From NCBI GenBank assembly GCA_045567135.1, contig JBJLDM010000020.1, positions 1 through 40,955 on the forward strand: DNA of 40,955 nt, written 5' to 3'. Shown here in pieces: positions 11,410 to 19,755 of this stretch. The position numbers were made by a program, and so were the translations under genes. Origin of the DNA: Candidatus Pelagibacter sp. GTDB lineage: Bacteria; Pseudomonadota; Alphaproteobacteria; Pelagibacterales; Pelagibacteraceae. Each line of letters opens with the position of its first letter. The first letter of the stretch is position 1. A model generated the notes under the pieces. It was not told the DNA's origin. It ran no database searches and worked only from the letters and a program-made list of their open reading frames with translations.

Positions 11410-12509
11410 ATTATTAAAATACCTAAAATTACAAAAATCAATACCCCACCAATTATAAAGTAATTTTTATATTTATTAAATTTATTTAATAAATCATTTA
11501 ATAAATTTGTTTGTAATGATAAACTTTCCTGTGTACTTGGGCTTATTACGAATCCTTTAGTTCTTCCTATAGACAAAAATTTTTCTTTTCTCTTATTATA
11601 AACTTCTTCTCTAGTTAATGAATTAAAATCGTTAATACTTCTTTCAATAGAATTTCTTACATTTTCTAAGATTAAATTTTTGTCCCTGTGTGCTCCGCCA
11701 AGAGGTTCTGGTATTATTTCATCTATTATTTTTAAATTCAAAAGATCATTTGCTGAAAGTTTCATTGCTGTAGCCGCTTCAAGAGTTTTTTTTGGATCTC
11801 TCCAGAGAATAGTTGCACATCCCTCAGGTGAAATTACAGAATAAATTGAATTTTCTAACATTATAACTTTATTTGAAGAGGCTAATGCTATGGCGCCACC
11901 AGAACCACCTTCCCCAATTATTATTGATATTGTGGGAACCCTTAGTTCCATGCTGCACTCAATAGATTTTGCTATCGCCTCTGCTTGCCCTCTTTCCTCT
12001 GCGCCTACTCCTGGATATGCGCCTGGTGTATCTACAAAAATAACTATTGGAATATTAAATTTATCTGCAAGTTTCATAAGTCTAATTGTTTTCCTGTATC
12101 CTTCTGGTCGCATCATTCCAAAGTTGCGTTCTATTCGGCTATCTAAATCATCACCTTTCTCTTGTCCTATAACTAAAACTGATTGGTTGTTAAATTTTGC
12201 AAACCCTGTCATCACAGACTTGTCTTCACCATAATAACGATCTCCTGATAAAGGAATAAATTCATCAAATAAATTTTCTATAAAAAATTTTGATTTAGGT
12301 CTATCCTCATGCCTTGCTACCAAAGTTTTTTGCCATGGATTTAGGTTTGAATAGATCTGTTCAAGTTTCTCGTCAATTTCACTTTGTAGTTTTGATATTT
12401 TTTCCGTGTTTACCTCAGATAATCCATCCTGATTGTAAGGATCTTTTAATCCTTCTAGCTCATTTTCAAGATCTTTTATGTCTAATTCAAAATTTAGATA
12501 GTTTTTCAT
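11406..12509 (-). CDS. accA: Acetyl-CoA carboxylase carboxyltransferase alpha subunit with C-terminal hydrophobic extension
   Basis: RNFGM, PEGYRK, DTPGAYPG, GEGGSGGA, SVISPEG. Confidence 0.96.
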   Translation of the reverse strand: MKNYLNFELDIKDLENELEGLKDPYNQDGLSEVNTEKISKLQSEIDEKLEQIYSNLNPWQKTLVARHEDRPKSKFFIENLFDEFIPLSGDRYYGEDKSVMTGFAKFNNQSVLVIGQEKGDDLDSRIERNFGMMRPEGYRKTIRLMKLADKFNIPIVIFVDTPGAYPGVGAEERGQAEAIAKSIECSMELRVPTISIIIGEGGSGGAIALASSNKVIMLENSIYSVISPEGCATILWRDPKKTLEAATAMKLSANDLLNLKIIDEIIPEPLGGAHRDKNLILENVRNSIERSINDFNSLTREEVYNKRKEKFLSIGRTKGFVISPSTQESLSLQTNLLNDLLNKFNKYKNYFIIGGVLIFVILGILII

Positions 12510-12610
12510 ATAAGTAATTAACCAATAGACTTGTTTATCAATTTAAAATAGGCAATAAAATGGTGAAATTATAAAATTTATGATTTTAACTAATAAATAA
12601 CACTATTTTA

Positions 12611-14800
12611 ATGAAAAAAAAGGAACAATTCGTAAAAATTAAAAATCTTTCAGTATCTAAGGTTTTATTTGATTTTATTAATAATGAGCTTTTAAAAGAG
12701 ATTAAAATTAAAAAAAATAAATTTTGGCATGATTTTAGCAAGACCTTACATGAATTAAATCCAATAAATAAAAAATTAATAGAAGTAAGAGAAAAATTAC
12801 AAAAATCAATTGACTCATGGCACTTAGAGAGAAAAGGTAAAAAATTATCTTTAAAAGAGTATAAAAATTTTTTACAAAAAATTGGCTATATAAAAAAAAT
12901 TGGTCCAAATTTTAAAATTTTAACGAAAAAAGTAGATAAAGAAATATCAAGTATTTGTGGCCCACAACTAGTTTGTCCTGTTTCTAATTCTAGATTTTTA
13001 TTAAATGCTGCTAATGCAAGATGGGTTAGTTTATATGATTGCTTATATGGGACAGATTTAATTCCAGAAACTCAAGGTGCTTTAAAAGGAAAAACTTACA
13101 ATCCTATTAGAGGTAAAAAAGTAATTGAGTATGCTCGTGATATATTAGATAAGTATGTGCCTTTAAAAAATAAAAGTTGGAAAGATTTAAAAAAAATTCC
13201 TGAAATTAAAAATAATAGATTAATTTTAAAACTAAAAAAAACTAATCAGTTTGTAGGATATACAAAAACATCAAATAAACTAACTTCACTTTTATTTGTT
13301 AATAATAATCTCCATATTGAGATTTTATTTAATCAGAAAGAAAATAAAAAAATTAATAATCCTGAGTCTCAACGAATTCAAGATAAATTAAAAATACATG
13401 ATATTTTTTTGGAGTCTGCAATTACTACTATTTGTGATCATGAAGATAGTGTAGCAGCTGTAGACGCTGAAGACAAAGTTTTAGGCTATAGAAATTGGCT
13501 AAATTTAATGAAAGGAACCCTAAAGATAGAATTTATAAAAAATGGAAAAAAAGTTTTTAGAAAATTAAACGCAGATAGAAAGTATATATCTTCTGCAGGT
13601 AAAAAACTCACATTACATGGTAGATCATTGTTATTGAATAGAAATGTCGGCCATTTAATGACTAACCCCGCAATACTTTTAAAAGATGGTTCTGAATGCC
13701 CAGAAGGAATTATAGATGCTTTTATTACATCTCTTGCCTGCCTACATGATTTTAAAAAAAAAGGAAATTCTAGAACTAATTCAATTTATATTGTTAAACC
13801 TAAAATGCATGGCCCCGAAGAATGTGCCTTTACTAATTTAATTTTTCAAAAAGTTGAAAAAGTTTTAAAATTAAAAAAAAATCAAATTCTTTGTGGCATC
13901 ATGGATGAAGAAAGAAGAACATCAGTTAATCTTAAAGAATGTATAAGGATTTTAAAAAATAGAGTTTTCTTTATTAATACTGGTTTTTTAGACAGAACTG
14001 GAGATGAAATTCATACATCAATAGAGATGGGCCCAATGATATTAAAAGGCGACATGAAGTCTTCGAAATGGATCTCGGCTTATGAAAATAATAACGTTGA
14101 TACAGGGATTTCATGTGGTTTTTCAGGGAAAGCTCAAATAGGTAAAGGGATGTGGGCAATGCCTGATTTAATGAGTAATATGATGAAAGAAAAAATTAAC
14201 CACCCTTTATCAGGAGCTAATTGTGCATGGGTGCCTTCCCCTACTGCAGCAGGACTGCATGTTCTTCATTATCATGAAGTAAATGTATTTAAAAAACAAA
14301 AAGAATTATCCAAAAGAAATTCGGCAAAACTTTTAGATCTATTAAATATCCCAATTGAAGATAAACCGAATTGGTCTGCTGAAATAATTAACAATGAAAT
14401 AAAAAATAATGCACAAGGAATTTTAGGCTATGTAGTAAGGTGGATTGATCAATCTGTTGGTTGTTCTAAGGTTCCTGACATAAATGGTATTGGCTTAATG
14501 GAAGATAGGGCTACATGTAGGATAAGCAGTCAACATATTGCTAACTGGTTATATCATGGCATATGCAGTAAAAAACAGGTTTTAGAAATTATGAAAAAAA
14601 TGGCAAAAGTTGTGGATAATCAAAACTTAAAAGATCCTTCTATGAAAGGACAAGCTCCATATAAGCCTATGTCAGAAAATTTTGGAAAATCTATTGCATT
14701 CAGGGCTGCATGCGATTTGGTATTTCATGGTAAGTTCCAACCCTCGGGTTACACTGAACCTTTGCTTCATTTTAATAGATTGATAAAAAAATCATCCTGA
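12611..14800 (+). CDS. glcB: Malate synthase G
   Basis: RNVGHLM, KPKMHGP, MDEERRT, NTGFLDRTGDE, WVPSPTAA, MEDRAT; catalytic residues present. Confidence 0.97.
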   Translation: MKKKEQFVKIKNLSVSKVLFDFINNELLKEIKIKKNKFWHDFSKTLHELNPINKKLIEVREKLQKSIDSWHLERKGKKLSLKEYKNFLQKIGYIKKIGPNFKILTKKVDKEISSICGPQLVCPVSNSRFLLNAANARWVSLYDCLYGTDLIPETQGALKGKTYNPIRGKKVIEYARDILDKYVPLKNKSWKDLKKIPEIKNNRLILKLKKTNQFVGYTKTSNKLTSLLFVNNNLHIEILFNQKENKKINNPESQRIQDKLKIHDIFLESAITTICDHEDSVAAVDAEDKVLGYRNWLNLMKGTLKIEFIKNGKKVFRKLNADRKYISSAGKKLTLHGRSLLLNRNVGHLMTNPAILLKDGSECPEGIIDAFITSLACLHDFKKKGNSRTNSIYIVKPKMHGPEECAFTNLIFQKVEKVLKLKKNQILCGIMDEERRTSVNLKECIRILKNRVFFINTGFLDRTGDEIHTSIEMGPMILKGDMKSSKWISAYENNNVDTGISCGFSGKAQIGKGMWAMPDLMSNMMKEKINHPLSGANCAWVPSPTAAGLHVLHYHEVNVFKKQKELSKRNSAKLLDLLNIPIEDKPNWSAEIINNEIKNNAQGILGYVVRWIDQSVGCSKVPDINGIGLMEDRATCRISSQHIANWLYHGICSKKQVLEIMKKMAKVVDNQNLKDPSMKGQAPYKPMSENFGKSIAFRAACDLVFHGKFQPSGYTEPLLHFNRLIKKSS

Positions 14801-15400
14801 TTCTGAGTTTAAGCCTGTTCTATTTTTAAAAGCTGAAAATAAGGTTCCATCATCAAGACTTTCTATTTCACCTCCAACTGGTAATCCTTGTGCAAGCTTA
14901 GATATTTTTACATTAGTTCCTTTTAAGCTATCTTGTATATAGTAAGCAGTAGTTTGTCCTTCAACCGTTGCACTTGTTGCTATTATTACTTCATCTATTT
15001 GATCTTTTTTAACTCTATTAACTAAAGAATTAATTAATAAATCTTCCTTTTTTTGGCCAGAGGAAGCAATTGTTCCACCTAAAATATGAAAATATCCATC
15101 AAAAATACTTGAACTTTCTATACTCCACTGATCGGCTATATTTTCAACTACACAAATTTTTTTTGATCTTTTATTAGCTTCATTACAATTATTACAAATA
15201 TCATTCGATCTTAAAGAACCACAAATTTTACATCTTGAAATATTTTTATAAACATCTGTTAAAACTTTGGCCATTGGTTTCATTAGTTCATCTCTATTAT
15301 TAATTAATTTAAGAATTATTCTTTTTGCTGATTTGGGTCCAAGACCTGGTAGTTTTGAAATTATTTTGATTAACTCTTCAATCTCATTTATATTTTGCAT
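14792..15400 (-). CDS. recR: Recombination mediator RecR (start moved to ATG at 15400)
   Basis: LPGLGPKSA HhH motif, C4 zinc finger, TOPRIM (CVVE, ATVEGQTTA, GLPVGGE); ybaB-recR synteny. Confidence 0.95.
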   Translation of the reverse strand: MQNINEIEELIKIISKLPGLGPKSAKRIILKLINNRDELMKPMAKVLTDVYKNISRCKICGSLRSNDICNNCNEANKRSKKICVVENIADQWSIESSSIFDGYFHILGGTIASSGQKKEDLLINSLVNRVKKDQIDEVIIATSATVEGQTTAYYIQDSLKGTNVKISKLAQGLPVGGEIESLDDGTLFSAFKNRTGLNSESG

Positions 15401-15404
15401 AATT

Positions 15405-15722
15405 TTACAATGGCCATTTGAACCCAGGAATACCAAAACCACCTGTGGCCTTAGAGATTTCTTCAGTTGTTTTTAATTTCAGTTTTTCCTTAGCATTATT
15501 ATGAGCTGCAACTATAAGATCTTCAATAATAGATTTATCTTCTTTAATTATATCTGCTGAAATATCTATTTTAATCATTTCACCATCACCATTTAAAGTT
15601 ACTTTTACAGAATTTGAGCCAGATATTCCTTCAATTTTTATATTTTTTATTTTTTCCTGACTTTCTTTCATTTTAGCTTCAATTTCTTTTGCTTTATCTA
15701 AAATTTTTGTAAAATCTGTCAA
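15405..15722 (-). CDS. ybaB: YbaB/EbfC nucleoid-associated protein (probable TTG start at 15722)
   Basis: VKVTLNG..IEDLIVAAHNNA pattern; lies between dnaX and recR. Confidence 0.92.
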   Translation of the reverse strand: MTDFTKILDKAKEIEAKMKESQEKIKNIKIEGISGSNSVKVTLNGDGEMIKIDISADIIKEDKSIIEDLIVAAHNNAKEKLKLKTTEEISKATGGFGIPGFKWPL

Positions 15723-15723
15723 T

Positions 15724-17385
15724 TTAATCTTCACTTTCCACATCAATTAACTGAGCATCTGAAAATGTTTCTAAAATTTTTTTATAAGCTGTACTTTTCT
15801 TAGCATCATCTAAAATTTTTTTTTTATTATCCTTTATCATGTCCTTTCGAGACATTTCCCCAGCTTTTTTGGAAAGTGTGATTATCCATCTTTCTTCCGT
15901 CCATTCATATAGTTTTGATGATAAAATTTTTATAAATTCTTTATCTAAATCTTCATTAAATGAAATTTCTATTCTCTTATTTTCAAAACTTACAAGACTA
16001 ACATTTGTTTCTAGTTCATATTTAAGTTTTATTTCTTTTTTAAGAATACAAATTTCTATTAACTGATCAAAAGATTTTATATGAAATTTTTCATCTTGTT
16101 CATTTTTATTTTTAATTTTTTTTTCTTGGACTATATTTTTAATTTGTTCAATTGTATTACTATTATTTAAAGAGTCATTTTTTTTGTTTTTAGAAAATTC
16201 ACTAAAATTTTTATTAGAAAAATTATTTTCTTCATGATTAGTTTCGATATTTGTTGTATTTGAAATTCTTTTTAAATGAATAAGCCTTATTAAAAACATT
16301 TCAATAGAAAGATTTTGATTAGCCACAATATCTAGTTCTCCCATGACATTTATTGTAAATTGCCAGAATAAAACTAATGTTTTGTTATCTAATTTCTCAA
16401 CTAAACTTTTTATAGATTTAAACTGTTCATCATTTAAAGAAAAATTTGTGCCCTCAATTTTTAAATAGTTAATATTTTTAAAATAATAAAGTATTTCTAA
16501 AAAATCATTTAAAAATATTTTTGGTTCTATTCCTTGGTCATAAATTAATCTATAACTACTTAAAACTTTTTCTTCATTACCTTCAAAAATATTTTTAAAA
16601 AGATCAATTAATTGCGATTTATCAAAATATCCAAATATTTTTTGTGCTCCTGATAAATCTAGTTCAAAATTTTTTTCAGTTGATAAAATTGCTCTATCTA
16701 GCAAAGAAAGAGCATCTCTTACTGATCCTTCTGATATTTTTACAATTAACTTTAAAGCTTCATCAGCAATATTTCCATTCTCCCTATCTTTAATTTTTTT
16801 AATATAATTAAATAACTCTACTGACCTAACTCTAGAAAGATCAAATCTCTGACATCTAGATAATACTGTAATTGGAATTTTTTTAACTTCTGTTGTTGCA
16901 AATATAAATTTTAAACCTCCTCCACTATCATATTGAGGAGGCTCTTCTAATGTTTTAAGTAATGCATTAAAGGCCTGTTTGCTAAGCATGTGAACTTCAT
17001 CGATTATAAAAATTTTATATTTAGATATTGCTGGACCATATCTAGAAAATTCAATTAAATCTCTAACATCGTCTACCCCTGTTTTGCTAGCAGCATCCAT
17101 CTCCAAAACATCAATATGATTAGAATTTGAAATTGACTCACAATTTTTACAAAGCTTTTCTTTACAAATATTTTCTATTCCATTTAAACAATTAAGTGCT
17201 TTTGCAACTAATCTTGCTATAGTTGTTTTGCCGACTCCTCTTATACCGGTAAAAAGATAAGCATTAGGAACTTTGTTACCTTTAATTGAGTTTACAATCG
17301 TATCACTTATTATCTCCTGACCAATTAAATCTTCAAAGACTATTGGTCTATACTTTAGAGCTAATACTTTTGAATTTGTTGTCAT
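15724..17385 (-). CDS. dnaX: DNA polymerase III subunit gamma/tau
   Basis: LALKYRP, GIRGVGKTT, IIDEVHML, LKTLEEPP, SRCQRF. Confidence 0.97.
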   Translation of the reverse strand: MTTNSKVLALKYRPIVFEDLIGQEIISDTIVNSIKGNKVPNAYLFTGIRGVGKTTIARLVAKALNCLNGIENICKEKLCKNCESISNSNHIDVLEMDAASKTGVDDVRDLIEFSRYGPAISKYKIFIIDEVHMLSKQAFNALLKTLEEPPQYDSGGGLKFIFATTEVKKIPITVLSRCQRFDLSRVRSVELFNYIKKIKDRENGNIADEALKLIVKISEGSVRDALSLLDRAILSTEKNFELDLSGAQKIFGYFDKSQLIDLFKNIFEGNEEKVLSSYRLIYDQGIEPKIFLNDFLEILYYFKNINYLKIEGTNFSLNDEQFKSIKSLVEKLDNKTLVLFWQFTINVMGELDIVANQNLSIEMFLIRLIHLKRISNTTNIETNHEENNFSNKNFSEFSKNKKNDSLNNSNTIEQIKNIVQEKKIKNKNEQDEKFHIKSFDQLIEICILKKEIKLKYELETNVSLVSFENKRIEISFNEDLDKEFIKILSSKLYEWTEERWIITLSKKAGEMSRKDMIKDNKKKILDDAKKSTAYKKILETFSDAQLIDVESED

Positions 17386-17402
17386 TTAATATAATAGTAT
17401 AA

Positions 17403-17486
17403 GGAGACTAGAACCTGAAAAACTGTCTTTACGACTGCTTCCGTTAAGATCTGGTCGGGTTCAAGCAGTATTCACCTCTAGCCTCC
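17403..17486 (-). ncRNA. ffs: Signal recognition particle RNA (4.5S)
   Basis: Long hairpin with complementary ends (GGAGGCTAGA...TCTAGTCTCC); helix-8 core CAGATCT-TAAC-GGAAGCAG; directly upstream of dnaX as in many alphaproteobacteria. Confidence 0.9.
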
Positions 17487-17492
17487 AAACGT

Positions 17493-17522
17493 ATTATAGC
17501 AGTAATGATTTCTATTCTACAA
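17493..17522 (-). promoter_or_regulatory. Promoter of ffs(-dnaX): extended -10 TGcTATAAT, -35 TTGTAG
   Basis: Perfect TATAAT at 17493-17498 (minus) with a TGn extension, 6 nt before the RNA's terminal stem. Confidence 0.7.
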
Positions 17523-17540
17523 TAAAAGTATTTAAATAAA

Positions 17541-18368
17541 TTAATTATTACGAAATTTATCAGCCTGAAAAACACCTAGGACGTGAAAATCTTCACAATG
17601 CAAACCTAGTTCTTCTAAAGATTTTTTGACTTTTGGATCTTCAATGTGCCCATCTAAATCGCAAAGAAAAAAATAAGAAGAAAATGAATTTTTCTCTGGA
17701 TAGCTTTGTAATTTAGTTAAATTAACACCATTAATAGCGAACCCTCCTAATGACTGATATAAAGCTGCTGGTTTGCTTTTTAACTTAAACAAAAAAGAAG
17801 TTATATAATTACCTTTTAGAAATTCAGGCTGAAATACATTTTTACCCATTATTAAAAAACGTGTAACATTACCTTTTTCATTCTCAATATTAGAAGCAAT
17901 TACATCTAGTTTATAAATTTCAGCACTTAATTTCGAAGCAATTGCTGCATCATTTTTATTTTTATTATTAGATATTAAGGCTGCGGATCCTGCTGTATCT
18001 GCTCGAACATTTTCATTAATATTATTTTTTTTAATAAATTCAGAACATTGAGATAAAGCTTGCCCATGAGAATATACATTCTTAATATCTTTTAATTTTG
18101 TACCTGGCATGCCTAATAAATTGTGCTCCACCATATAAAAATGCTCAGCATATATATTTAAACGGTGTTTAAAAATTAAATATTCTATTCCTATATTTCC
18201 TGTAATTCTATTTGATTCAGGTATAATAATTCTAGTATTTTTATCTTCTTCAGCTTTTATGAAACATTCATCAAAAGTTTTACAAGATATAATTTCTGCA
18301 TCTGGGTATAACTCTTTAGCAGCCAAATGAGAGTAGGCACCTGGAGAGCCTTGATAAAGTATTTTCAT
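17541..18368 (-). CDS. pheA: Prephenate dehydratase
   Basis: YQGSPGAYS, SHGQALSQC, DTAGSA, NVTRF, C-terminal ACT domain. Confidence 0.93.
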   Translation of the reverse strand: MKILYQGSPGAYSHLAAKELYPDAEIISCKTFDECFIKAEEDKNTRIIIPESNRITGNIGIEYLIFKHRLNIYAEHFYMVEHNLLGMPGTKLKDIKNVYSHGQALSQCSEFIKKNNINENVRADTAGSAALISNNKNKNDAAIASKLSAEIYKLDVIASNIENEKGNVTRFLIMGKNVFQPEFLKGNYITSFLFKLKSKPAALYQSLGGFAINGVNLTKLQSYPEKNSFSSYFFLCDLDGHIEDPKVKKSLEELGLHCEDFHVLGVFQADKFRNN

Positions 18369-18369
18369 T

Positions 18370-19110
18370 TTATGATTTATATTCCATAATTTTTTTTAAG
18401 GCCAGATAATCTTCCATAGTGTCTATACCAATAGGTGAAGATTTTGCCAAACCTACATTAATTTTAATATTATTATCTAATGCCCTTAATTGTTCTAATC
18501 TATTTTCTACTTCATTTTTTGTTTGATCAAAATTTACAAACTTTTCTAAAACATTTACTTTATAAATATAAATCCCAATATGATGATAAATATTTCCATA
18601 TTTTTTTGATAAGTCTTTTCTCGAAAAATTTAATGCAAAAGGAAAATTCTCTCCTGAAAGTTTTTCTTTTAAAACTACTTTAACAACATTTTCATCTGAA
18701 AGAATCGAAGTATCTTTAATTTTTGTAGCTAATGTTCCAATATCAGAATTTTTTTGAATCATAAATTTGTTTAAATTTATTATATCATTTTCATCTATAT
18801 TAGGTTCATCGCCTTGTAAATTTAAAATATAATCAATATTATTAATTTTTAATTTTTTAAAGGCTTCAAATATACGATCACTACCAGATTTATGATTGCT
18901 GCTAGTTAAAATAGCTTCTCCACCATTATTTTTAACTTCTTTTAAAATTTCTTCATCTTCTGTGCAAACTATAACTCTGCCAATATTACTTTTTTCTGCC
19001 TTACTAACTACATGGGAAATAATAGGTAAGTCATTTATTCTTAATAGTGGTTTACCTGGTAGCCTTGAAGCTGACATTCTTGACGGAATTAAAATTATTG
19101 TTTTTGGCAT
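18370..19110 (-). CDS. kdsB: 3-deoxy-manno-octulosonate cytidylyltransferase
   Basis: IPSRMSASRLPGKPL, SGSDR, NLQGDEP, HIGIY, LEQLRAL. Confidence 0.96.
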   Translation of the reverse strand: MPKTIILIPSRMSASRLPGKPLLRINDLPIISHVVSKAEKSNIGRVIVCTEDEEILKEVKNNGGEAILTSSNHKSGSDRIFEAFKKLKINNIDYILNLQGDEPNIDENDIINLNKFMIQKNSDIGTLATKIKDTSILSDENVVKVVLKEKLSGENFPFALNFSRKDLSKKYGNIYHHIGIYIYKVNVLEKFVNFDQTKNEVENRLEQLRALDNNIKINVGLAKSSPIGIDTMEDYLALKKIMEYKS

Positions 19111-19135
19111 TATTGAATTATTCCTAAGCTAATTG

Positions 19136-19152
19136 TGCGTCCAACAGACGCA
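19136..19152. promoter_or_regulatory. Palindrome TGCGTC-N5-GACGCA, candidate RegA/RegR/PrrA site
   Basis: Perfect GC-rich 6-bp inverted repeat in an AT-rich divergent intergenic region; fits GCGNC-N5-GNCGC. Confidence 0.55.
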
Positions 19153-19221
19153 AATTTACAGTCTAAAAATAAAGTAATTTTCTAATTATTATGTTATACG
19201 TCCAAAATAATTATAATTGAA

Positions 19222-19755
19222 ATGGATTCATTCGAAATAAATAAAATAATTACAGCTGTTTTATTAGTAGTTTTAGTGGTATTTGGAGTTGGGAAAATCT
19301 CCGATCTAGTTTTTGAAGTTAAAAAGCCAGATATTGATGGTTATAAAGTTGAAATTAATGTCGAAGGGGCTACAGCAACTCAAGCTAGTTCTGAAAGCCA
19401 AGTTGATATTGTTGCTTTACTAGCAATGGGCGATGTTGAGCATGGTAAAAAAGTTTTTAAAAAATGTGCTGCTTGCCATAGCATTAATCAAGGTGGAAAA
19501 AATAAGATCGGCCCAAAACTTTGGAATGTAATGTTTAGACCAGTGGGATCAATAACTGATTATAAATATTCAAAAGCTTTATCTGGTTATAAAAAAAATT
19601 GGAGTTGGGAAGAAATGAATGGTTTCTTAATTAAACCATCTACTTGGATCAAAGGAAATAAAATGGGATTTGCAGGACTTAAAAAAGAAAAAGATAGAGC
19701 TTCAGTAATTTTATATTTAAACCAAAACGGTGATAGTCCAAAACAATTACCTTAA
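19222..19755 (+). CDS. Membrane-anchored class I cytochrome c (CycM/c552-like)
   Basis: MDSFEINK plus TM helix, CAACH heme motif, GPKLW, GNKMGFAG axial Met. Confidence 0.93.
   Translation: MDSFEINKIITAVLLVVLVVFGVGKISDLVFEVKKPDIDGYKVEINVEGATATQASSESQVDIVALLAMGDVEHGKKVFKKCAACHSINQGGKNKIGPKLWNVMFRPVGSITDYKYSKALSGYKKNWSWEEMNGFLIKPSTWIKGNKMGFAGLKKEKDRASVILYLNQNGDSPKQLP

Noticed and set aside
15401-15442. Extended N-termini given by the ORF track for recR (and similarly ybaB, rnd, kdsD)
   Set aside because: The extensions overlap neighbouring genes or promoter space and lack family similarity; downstream starts fit better.
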